IMG/VR virus record: IMGVR_UViG_3300028603_000019
Span: 131,877 to 195,876 of that record
Source of the DNA: a virus
Taxonomy: Duplodnaviria > Heunggongvirae > Uroviricota > Caudoviricetes
Strand: one strand, 5' to 3'
Length of the DNA: 64,000 nt
In this document: positions 1 to 6,752 of the stretch, piece by piece
Layout: each line of letters starts with the position of its first letter
Numbering within the stretch: position 1 is the first letter of the stretch
Program-made: the position numbers and the translations under genes
The notes under the pieces: generated by a model
Seen by the model: the letters and a program-made list of their open reading frames with translations, nothing else
Told to the model about the DNA's origin: nothing
Databases searched by the model: none

Positions 1-156
1 ATGTCTAATTATACTACCATTTCATTCCCAGTCTCTGGTCTAACCGAGGCTGAAGTTGAGCTGATCAAGGACATCCAACGTGTTCAATCTTCCATGATTC
101 GGACGGCCTATTGTCGGTCGATGGAGGGAATGGGTGCTTCGGCGCCTTCTGGATAG
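1..156 (+). pseudogene. Short ORF (51 aa) resembling the N-terminus of IS200/IS605 TnpB-related proteins; probable remnant
   Basis: Manual translation MSNYTTISFPVSGLTEAEVELIKDIQRVQSSMIRTAYCRSMEGMGASAPSG*. The segment LIKDIQRVQSSMIRTAYCRSMEG recalls the TnpB-related LMRRxSSxxRxAYxRLxEG helix. It stops convergently against gp59. Confidence 0.35.
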
Positions 157-163
157 GTTACAT

Positions 164-754
164 TTATCTTTGAAGGTAGTGTTCTTTGACCAGATTCTGA
201 AATTTTTGTTGGTCGAAGGTCAAAAAGGGTGCATACTTCCTGATTCGGAGTAGCACTTTTGGAATGAAAATCGGGTCATCGATGGATTGTTCCCAATAGG
301 GAACAGAATTGGTAACTGATGCCAATACAGTCAGTGTCTCCAGGGATACCTCTTTTTGAAGATAGAGATTTATGATTTCCGGGTAGGAACCCGACTGTAC
401 CCCGAAAGTCTCCTGCAAGGTATCTGGAAGTTTGGAGAGACTGGACTTCACGTGATACGTGAGACCATCTACCCTGCCCTTCCAAGCGATGTATTCCTGT
501 TTCTTGTCCAGGATATCACCTATCCAGAGGTCGGGTTTTTCTGGAATTACCGATAGAAACCATCCCTTGGGATCCGGTTTCTCCGATAATTTGTGGAAAT
601 AATACACATCCCGTCTGGACGCAAAGGTATCACCGGATGCCCGGACCTTACCGCCGTATTTGAAAAAGTCATACGAGGACTTGGAAAAATGCTGTTTGAG
701 GGCTCGATAGAGGATATATGTATCGTAACCCGCTTCAGTCGCAAATGCGCGCAA
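164..754 (-). CDS. gp59: Loader of gp41 DNA helicase (T4 gp59-like)
   Basis: YxLYRALKQHF..SYDFFKYGGK, RRDVYYFHKLS and SLETL motifs; adjacent to gp33. Confidence 0.9.
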   Translation of the reverse strand: MRAFATEAGYDTYILYRALKQHFSKSSYDFFKYGGKVRASGDTFASRRDVYYFHKLSEKPDPKGWFLSVIPEKPDLWIGDILDKKQEYIAWKGRVDGLTYHVKSSLSKLPDTLQETFGVQSGSYPEIINLYLQKEVSLETLTVLASVTNSVPYWEQSIDDPIFIPKVLLRIRKYAPFLTFDQQKFQNLVKEHYLQR

Positions 755-971
755 CGGATGGATCCTCTTTCACTAACCGAAGCTTGGACGCCTCGGATCT
801 CACGAGTTCCTTGATGGTCGTGTTCTTCTTTACGATTTCAGCGACTGTCTCAATTTCCAGATCGTGTTTCTTCGCATATTCAACTAGGCATTCGATATAG
901 GATGATCCGGCCGTCAGTTTTTCTGAAATGGCATGGTGTATGACTTCAGCCGTGTGCGCGTTCTTGATCAT
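735..971 (-). CDS. gp33: Late-promoter transcription coactivator (T4 gp33-like)
   Basis: SYIECLVEYAKKHDLEIETVAEIV...EASKLRLVK; 78 aa; synteny with gp59. Confidence 0.85.
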   Translation of the reverse strand: MIKNAHTAEVIHHAISEKLTAGSSYIECLVEYAKKHDLEIETVAEIVKKNTTIKELVRSEASKLRLVKEDPSVARICD

Positions 972-1216
972 TCGTTCAGAAGCCTGATCGAGGATAATCC
1001 AACTTCTGCATGTTCAACGACTTGCTTGAGATCATGGCTCAAATTGTAATTTTCAGATTTCATCGTAATGCCCGTCGGACCGATGTAGGTCACTCGATAT
1101 CCGCCAGTCTCTTGATGAATCTCAGCCCTAAGTGTCCCGTATGTCTCCTCTCGAAGTATCGAATTGATTAACATTATATCTGTTCCTATGCTATGGTTCG
1201 ATATCCAAGGGCCCAA
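968..1216 (-). CDS. Hypothetical protein (true start probably at the internal MLINS)
   Basis: ORF packed between neighbours with a 4-nt overlap to gp33. Confidence 0.55.
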   Translation of the reverse strand: MGPWISNHSIGTDIMLINSILREETYGTLRAEIHQETGGYRVTYIGPTGITMKSENYNLSHDLKQVVEHAEVGLSSIRLLNE

Positions 1217-1410
1217 TCGTTGGCAGCTTGTTCGACTACTTGAATTGGGGTTCCTTCGTCAAATTCTTCACGATATACGAAATGTCCTTCATTATCTATG
1301 AAGTCGATGTAGTGAGAACCAGAGGAATCGAAGAATACGAGGGCTTGACTTCCCTTGGGTTCATCTACAGCGTAATAAGGATTTAGGTATTGATATTTGG
1401 TGCTGCTCAA
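1186..1410 (-). CDS. Hypothetical protein of T4-like phages
   Basis: GGAGG-like RBS upstream; IDFIDNEG..EEF....VEQAANDWALG pattern; sigma70-type promoter upstream. Confidence 0.7.
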   Translation of the reverse strand: MSSTKYQYLNPYYAVDEPKGSQALVFFDSSGSHYIDFIDNEGHFVYREEFDEGTPIQVVEQAANDWALGYRTIA

Positions 1411-1457
1411 TTAGAACCTCCAATTGATATTATTAATTCGGGTCTTATTATAGGTTT

Positions 1458-1486
1458 AATATAGACTAGGTTTTCCGAATTGGCAA
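1458..1486 (-). promoter_or_regulatory. Sigma70-type promoter
   Basis: Minus strand TTGCCA-N17-TATATT in an AT-rich intergenic region upstream of 1186..1410. Confidence 0.65.
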
Positions 1487-1547
1487 CCATTATTATAGGA
1501 AAACCCAAAGTTTTATTAATTGAAATAATGAATCCTATTAATTGAAA

Positions 1548-1575
1548 ATGGCTCCCGAATTAAATCGGGAGCCAT
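1548..1575 (-). terminator. Intrinsic terminator
   Basis: Perfect 11-bp stem ATGGCTCCCGA/TCGGGAGCCAT followed by a short T-run on the minus strand. Confidence 0.7.
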
Positions 1576-1619
1576 TGTAGCATATACTAGACATAAATGT
1601 CCGTTATGTCTCACATATG

Positions 1620-1808
1620 CTACATTACCTTGTCAAGGATCACTTTCGTGAAATCATGTTGATTCTTGACAATGGTCTTTGCAAGAGCAGTCTGATCATC
1701 CACGAATTGGATCAGCCCCTTCTTGACTACCTCGTCCTCGACAGTCGCTCTCACAAACTGCCGTTTCATCTCCTGAAACCAGTCGATTCCAAAGTTGATG
1801 TTGCTCAT
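1620..1808 (-). CDS. Small hypothetical protein
   Basis: 62-aa ORF, GGAG RBS, overlaps the upstream stop codon. Confidence 0.65.
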   Translation of the reverse strand: MSNINFGIDWFQEMKRQFVRATVEDEVVKKGLIQFVDDQTALAKTIVKNQHDFTKVILDKVM

Positions 1809-2002
1809 GATCGTGTTCGATCTCCTTTGCTTGTTGTTCCCGACATTGTGTTGGTTTTCACGAAGTCATACAGCTGATTCGCCGTTCTCAGCAAATCAGC
1901 TTCAGTATAGGGTGCCTTCATCAGACTCATGTTATCCTGAAGAATCTTCTGAGCAAGATGAAGTGTATCCAGGCGGATCTCATAGGCATTACGATTGCTC
2001 AT
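1805..2002 (-). CDS. Small hypothetical protein (start reassigned to MSNRNAYEIRL)
   Basis: NAYEIRLDTLHLAQ...ANQLYDFV pattern; AGG RBS before ATG at 2002. Confidence 0.65.
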   Translation of the reverse strand: MSNRNAYEIRLDTLHLAQKILQDNMSLMKAPYTEADLLRTANQLYDFVKTNTMSGTTSKGDRTRS

Positions 2003-2786
2003 CTTGTCCCTCCACCATGGATGCCCGTTCAGCGGACGTGAAAGCGGAGGCATCATAAGTCGCTTGGGTTCCCATCCCTTGAAGTCGAAGATCATTTACC
2101 TCTGACATCTTGGCCGATGCTGTCCGAAGGGTAGCGCCCATGTTATTGGTATTGTATTGAGCAGTCATGTGTTCCTTGAAGCCCATTGTCTGGCCGACTT
2201 GGAACGAGTCGATGTTGGCACCTAGGAACATGAAGCTCCAGTCCTTACCTTCACATTTCTCCACGATCTGCTTCACATCTGAGACGGTCGCGATCTTCGA
2301 TGAATTTTCTTCGCCATCGGTCATGATTGCGATCATGACGGCTTCACGGTTCTTTTTCTTCCGTGTGCCCAGGTCTTCATTTATCTGAGCAACGACCGAG
2401 AAGATGGCATCATGGAGATTGGTCATTCCCGTTGGATCATAATCCGCGGCAGTCAAGTCTTGAACTTCCAGAATGTTCCGCTTGATGAATACCCCGTTGG
2501 TGTTGTATCCATCAAATTTGTAGAGTGAGACAAAAGTCGGAGTATCACGTTTCGAGGCAGCTTCCTTCTGGACACCCATGAACTCATTCACACCAGATAT
2601 GGTGGCCATTCGGCTAGGTCTCATAGACCCGGATTCGTCGAGGACAAGCACGATATGGGTGCCATTGGTTCCAATCTTCTTCGCCTTAAAAGTTTCGCCG
2701 AGTTTGGATGGAGCTGACTTGGTGGGAAACATCGAAGTGTTCGGTTTCACAGTGGTGTATGGAGTGGTGATTCTTCTGTGTGTCAT
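1989..2786 (-). CDS. von Willebrand factor A (VWA) domain protein
   Basis: MIDAS motif VLDESGSM, later T(NLHD) and IMTDGEENSS. Confidence 0.9.
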   Translation of the reverse strand: MTHRRITTPYTTVKPNTSMFPTKSAPSKLGETFKAKKIGTNGTHIVLVLDESGSMRPSRMATISGVNEFMGVQKEAASKRDTPTFVSLYKFDGYNTNGVFIKRNILEVQDLTAADYDPTGMTNLHDAIFSVVAQINEDLGTRKKKNREAVMIAIMTDGEENSSKIATVSDVKQIVEKCEGKDWSFMFLGANIDSFQVGQTMGFKEHMTAQYNTNNMGATLRTASAKMSEVNDLRLQGMGTQATYDASAFTSAERASMVEGQDEQS

Positions 2787-2814
2787 GTGTGATAGTTCCT
2801 TTGTGTTGGTGTGT

Positions 2815-3062
2815 GAATGGCCCGTTCTGTTTCTAGGTGGAGCCCATACCCAGTTAGATCAAGCCGCTAGGGCGAGATCCACAGGTGCTTTGTTTGTGTT
2901 TGCATCTGTTTGGTTTCTTGCGTTGACCCAGCTTGCGCGGGACTTCCTAGTTTCCTCTTTCCGCTCATGTCGATCCTGTTTATCGCCCATATGAAGGTTT
3001 GGTGGACGATCCGGGTACCGCCCCCGGGTCCATGAAAAGTCCGATTCACTTGAGGTCTTCAC
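2815..3062 (-). ncRNA. ssrA: Two-piece (circularly permuted) tmRNA, alphaproteobacterial type
   Basis: Minus strand: T-arm GACCCGGG-GGCGGTA-CCCGG then ATCGTCCACCA (3030-3000); 11-nt intervening segment (2999-2989); coding piece starting GGGCGATAAACAGGATCGAC at 2988. GGGCGAU pairs with AUCGUCC, giving G3.U70, discriminator A and encoded CCA. Tag ORF 2903-2859 is ANTNKAPVDLALAA*. Outer ends are approximate. Confidence 0.93.
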
Positions 3063-3087
3063 GAGATTAGGAAGTAATCTCTCATGT

Positions 3088-3465
3088 TTACTTAGTCACG
3101 TAATAGCAATAATCAGGCAACTCATTCACAATTTTGTCTGCTTCAATTTCCCACCATCTTTCTTGATATGGGATCCTCTTGTCTAGTTGGTTTTCCAGGT
3201 CCTGCTCCTGAAACTGCCTCACGTGAACCAACTCATGTGCCAGTGTCCAGAAAATCTCTTCCCGTGTTCTATTCTCCAGTCGGAGTTCAATCATATAGCC
3301 GACGTCTCCGTTCTTGAAGACCCGGCCCACTGGTTCCATTTCATCGTTGGCAAGAATCAACAGTTCATCCGGTTCTACCATTCCAAGATAGAACCGGATT
3401 AAAATTTCGGCAGATCGTATTATGAATTGTTCTAGGTCGGGATCCCCGAAGGTAGCTTCAATCAT
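3088..3465 (-). CDS. Zincin-like HEXXH protein
   Basis: TLAHELVHVRQ plus WWEIEA. Confidence 0.75.
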   Translation of the reverse strand: MIEATFGDPDLEQFIIRSAEILIRFYLGMVEPDELLILANDEMEPVGRVFKNGDVGYMIELRLENRTREEIFWTLAHELVHVRQFQEQDLENQLDKRIPYQERWWEIEADKIVNELPDYCYYVTK

Positions 3466-3707
3466 TCTCCCTCGTAAATTTCCGCTGCTCGTAGGAACAT
3501 CATCCCGATGGCTTTTAGGTCGTCCCCCGGAACAATGATCCTGATCTGTCCATCTTCTGGATGGTCATGTTTCATCAAGAAAGTAGCGCCATCTTGATAG
3601 GTAGTGCTCAAACCGTCCTCAAATGGCATCACATGAAAACTGATATCCTCTTCGGAGGAATATCTGATCATGCGCTGTTCAAATGTGGAATCAGACTTTT
3701 TGGTCAC
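3462..3707 (-). CDS. Hypothetical protein
   Basis: 81-aa ORF with GTGA/ATGA-type overlaps on both sides. Confidence 0.65.
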   Translation of the reverse strand: MTKKSDSTFEQRMIRYSSEEDISFHVMPFEDGLSTTYQDGATFLMKHDHPEDGQIRIIVPGDDLKAIGMMFLRAAEIYEGE

Positions 3708-3796
3708 CGCTTCTTCCTCATCCGAAGGGCCTTACGCTTGTTCGATCCGATCTTGCGCCTTCCCTTTCTTGGCCGATTCTTTCTTGGATGTGCCAT
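3704..3796 (-). CDS. Highly basic 30-aa peptide (not in ORF track)
   Basis: MAHPRKNRPRKGRRKIGSNKRKALRMRKKR*; purine-rich RBS region upstream; stop overlaps the next GTG start. Confidence 0.7.
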   Translation of the reverse strand: MAHPRKNRPRKGRRKIGSNKRKALRMRKKR

Positions 3797-3840
3797 CTGT
3801 TCCTATCCTTTCCGGTGCTAATCGAGTTCACGAAGTTTGG

Positions 3841-4050
3841 TTACCATAGCCTCTTCCTCAATCTCCAAGATGGGTTTTTCTTCAGAGATTTCTTGAATTG
3901 CTTGAAATCATGGGGGTGATGTTCTTCGTGCGGCCACCGGAATTCTTCCTTGGTTAGAAACATTGCTACAAAATCCTTGACACTATCCTTATCTCGATCC
4001 ATCAATCTTCTTGAATATCTTCCTGATGTATTTTTCAATACACAATTCAA
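3841..4050 (-). CDS. Possible small hypothetical protein
   Basis: ORF fills the gap in a minus-strand operon; start uncertain. Confidence 0.35.
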   Translation of the reverse strand: MNCVLKNTSGRYSRRLMDRDKDSVKDFVAMFLTKEEFRWPHEEHHPHDFKQFKKSLKKNPSWRLRKRLW

Positions 4051-4062
4051 AATGAGATGTTA

Positions 4063-4488
4063 TCACCGAAATTCCTCCGTGACATAGGATGCAACTTCAT
4101 CCCCGTGGGTCGTGTAGATTACTTTCTTTATTCCGTGATCCTTGATACAGCGCATGCACCCAGAACACGGACGGGACATGCCGAACATGGTATTCTGAAA
4201 AGAGTCCATCTTCACTCGGGCAACATACAGAGTAGACCTCTTGAGATCCGTTTCAGAGATCCTCTTCCGCGCTTTCACGATGGCATCCACCTCGGCATGC
4301 AGGAAAATGCTGTGTTCATTCTTCTGATACTCAGCGGCGACCGGATGGGTCTTGTCCTGATTTACTCCGACCGAGATAATCTTGCCCTTGTAGACGACTG
4401 CTGCTGCCACTTTGGCATTGAACACCTTGGGGAGATCCTCGAGGACCACTTCCAGAGTGTTCAGAATTTTTGCATCACGAACGGTCAC
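4063..4488 (-). CDS. Cytidine/deoxycytidylate deaminase-family protein
   Basis: Zn-binding HAE and PCSGC motifs. Confidence 0.85.
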   Translation of the reverse strand: MTVRDAKILNTLEVVLEDLPKVFNAKVAAAVVYKGKIISVGVNQDKTHPVAAEYQKNEHSIFLHAEVDAIVKARKRISETDLKRSTLYVARVKMDSFQNTMFGMSRPCSGCMRCIKDHGIKKVIYTTHGDEVASYVTEEFR

Positions 4489-4494
4489 TGAAAG

Positions 4495-5388
4495 TCACCT
4501 ATCATAGCGATCCAGCACTTCCCGAAGCTCCCTGATCATCTTGTCGACCGGAACTTCACGTTTCACAGCACCATCAATGGACCCGTAGTGAATTTCCAGA
4601 CATTGAAGTAGAAGCTCCTTGATACCGTCTTTATCAGGAGCATGTCTTAGAGACGAAGAATTGTATACCTCTTCCAGGGATTTTTCTTTCACGTCGAACC
4701 AATCACGAATCTTCTGTTCAGACCATTCACCACGGCGAATAGATTTTAGGATCTCACTGTTGCGTTCCAGGTCCAGATCGTGCTCTACCAGGATTTGTTC
4801 ACATTCAAGGAGAAGTCGAATTGTGTGGTAAGCGAACTTGACATCATAACCATGTTTCTCAATAGAAGCCTGGCGCTTGGGATTGGAAGCATTGGACTTG
4901 GTCCCAATCTTGTGGAGCTGTGAATACGCGTAGCCCCGAAACTTGTGCCATGCCTTCTTGGACAGAAACACGTTTCGGTTGTCACGGACCAGTTGACCGA
5001 TCTGAGAAGCAAAGAGGACACACCGTTGTGGGACATGAATGATATCCACCATATTCGGATTGTTCTCCATGGCCAAGTGGAAGAACTTCACGATGGAATA
5101 CACGGCAAAATCATACTCTGTTCTGGCTTCATCGTCCTTGATGTGATGCTGCTGCCAGACCTCGAATCTCTGCTTCTGGATTCCGAATCCAGGGATCTCA
5201 CCCCTCAGATGCGGAAACACGTCTTCCTTCGGGGGAATGCAGAAACCAACAATGTCCATGTCCGATGTATCGGAACTGACACCGTAGGATACACTTCCCG
5301 TGATCACCTCATAGTGGATGTTTTGTGGCAACCACTTTGGAGGCTGAATCAGGTTCTTGGATTTTGCTAGTTGGACTCGAGAAGCCAT
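4495..5388 (-). CDS. Pol-beta superfamily nucleotidyltransferase (RlaP / T4 nrdC.11-like)
   Basis: GSVSYG...SDMD catalytic motif; ENNPNMVDI and YDVKFAYHTIRLL segments. Confidence 0.85.
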   Translation of the reverse strand: MASRVQLAKSKNLIQPPKWLPQNIHYEVITGSVSYGVSSDTSDMDIVGFCIPPKEDVFPHLRGEIPGFGIQKQRFEVWQQHHIKDDEARTEYDFAVYSIVKFFHLAMENNPNMVDIIHVPQRCVLFASQIGQLVRDNRNVFLSKKAWHKFRGYAYSQLHKIGTKSNASNPKRQASIEKHGYDVKFAYHTIRLLLECEQILVEHDLDLERNSEILKSIRRGEWSEQKIRDWFDVKEKSLEEVYNSSSLRHAPDKDGIKELLLQCLEIHYGSIDGAVKREVPVDKMIRELREVLDRYDR

Positions 5389-5774
5389 TTCGTGACCATT
5401 TCCTCTTCCAAATCAAATGCCTCTACTTCCCACGGGGCATCCTCATACGCCCCATCCCATTCTTCGCCCATCCACTTGAGGTTGAATCCCTCTTCCAGAT
5501 GGCCTTCGATGTATTGCTTGACATGAACCATTTCGTGAAACAGGACGCGGATCATGTCGGCAGGCTTGAGTTTCTTGTCAATGGTGATGCTGATCGGTTC
5601 CTCTTCATCAAACGAGGTCAGACCCATTTGGTGATCTTCCAGTTTTTCGAATGAGAGGACGATTTCCAGATTTACCAGATCGAGGTATTCACAGGCAAAG
5701 AGAAATGCCTTGTCCAGAAGGTCTTCGGAGAGTTTCTTGGGAAGCGGACCGTCAATCTCATAATAGTAGGACAT
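5367..5774 (-). CDS. Zincin-like HEXXH protein, paralogue of 3088..3465
   Basis: LFHEMVHVKQ plus PWEVEA. Confidence 0.75.
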   Translation of the reverse strand: MSYYYEIDGPLPKKLSEDLLDKAFLFACEYLDLVNLEIVLSFEKLEDHQMGLTSFDEEEPISITIDKKLKPADMIRVLFHEMVHVKQYIEGHLEEGFNLKWMGEEWDGAYEDAPWEVEAFDLEEEMVTKWLLESN

Positions 5775-5804
5775 GTCGTCTACCTCTCTCTAGCTCTTGA
5801 TACC

Positions 5805-5833
5805 AATCTACTACGGGATGGGGGCCGGGTCAA
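5805..5833 (-). promoter_or_regulatory. Sigma70-type promoter for the leftward accessory operon
   Basis: Minus strand TTGACC-N17-TAGATT, with a GAGG RBS and ATG (5774) downstream. Confidence 0.7.
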
Positions 5834-5934
5834 CATCTATTTCTCACAAAAGTGAACTACCTGGAAACTGAAGACTTGCCGGTTTTGGATCACGTCCTTA
5901 GATAAATAGATAGATAAAAATATAGGAGAATGTT

Positions 5935-6534
5935 ATGCTTCGAGAATATATAAAGGAATCCTTCCTAAGACATCTAGCTGAGGGTCGGAATCCAAACTAT
6001 AAGATATTTCCCATCTTTGGAGAATATGTAACCGGGAAAACCATCAAGACTCCTCCTATTTTGACCAAACTTAAACTCAAAAATGCGTTCAAAAAATTAG
6101 GTGGACGTGATTCAGCTGCCAGAGATTCTATTATTCTAAACAGCGAAGCCGCGAAAAAGGTGGAAATCTTCCTGAGAGGACAGGAATTTAGAAAAGAGAC
6201 GAATGATTACGCCAAGATGAAAATCCATTTGAATGGGCTTCCACATATTTATGGAACATTCGTAAAAGATCAGGTCCTCTATAAAGATGTATATGGAGAT
6301 GAAGTTGAAGGAAAGTTTGTAACAAAATGGCCATATCCCGAAAGTGGCAATAACACCAGAAAATTAAAATTAACCGTTGAAACAGTCGTTGTTATAGCTG
6401 GAAGAAATTCCCCATTTGAAAATGAAGATCAGATCTGGTTTGCCTATATCTTTGCGCCACAAACGTCTGATCTGGTGAAAGATGCTAAATCTGGTTTATA
6501 CCGATTCTCTGCGACACGAGATATAATTACGTAA
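5935..6534 (+). CDS. Hypothetical cargo protein inside the IS605 element
   Basis: 199-aa ORF, GGAG RBS, ATAAATA late-promoter-like motif at 5902-5908; opposite strand to flanking phage genes. Confidence 0.75.
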   Translation: MLREYIKESFLRHLAEGRNPNYKIFPIFGEYVTGKTIKTPPILTKLKLKNAFKKLGGRDSAARDSIILNSEAAKKVEIFLRGQEFRKETNDYAKMKIHLNGLPHIYGTFVKDQVLYKDVYGDEVEGKFVTKWPYPESGNNTRKLKLTVETVVVIAGRNSPFENEDQIWFAYIFAPQTSDLVKDAKSGLYRFSATRDIIT

Positions 6535-6538
6535 TAGG

Positions 6539-6700
6539 TTATATCAATTCAATCTCAAAGTCCCTGCTTTCGGCTTTCTTTAGGAGTCTCTTGATTTCAA
6601 GGTTCATTCTACCGACAAGAAGTGGTTTCCTATACTTGGTAACGAAAATAATGTGAACCTTCAAGAAATATTTTCGATGATTCTTGCAAATATAGTCCAT
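6539..6700 (-). pseudogene. tnpA: Truncated IS200-type Y1 transposase (not in ORF track)
   Basis: Manual translation MDYICKNHRKYFLKVHIIFVTKYRKPLLVGRMNLEIKRLLKKAESRDFEIELI*. Contains the diagnostic HxxFVTKYR and stops just before the HUH motif. Confidence 0.88.
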
Positions 6701-6752
6701 TTAGACGGTTCCAGAGAATCTCATTTGTCTAAATACTTAGTAATATTAGAAC

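Noticed and set aside
2859-3062. 67-aa ORF (and overlapping 2867..3049, 2578..2994) as protein genes
   Set aside because: The frame is the tmRNA tag ORF extended through the tRNA-like domain; the RNA explanation accounts for the sequence far better.
150-6545. ATAGGTTA present at both IS-gene truncation points (153-160 and 6534-6541)
   Set aside because: An 8-nt AT-rich match in opposite gene orientations; too weak to call a recombination motif.
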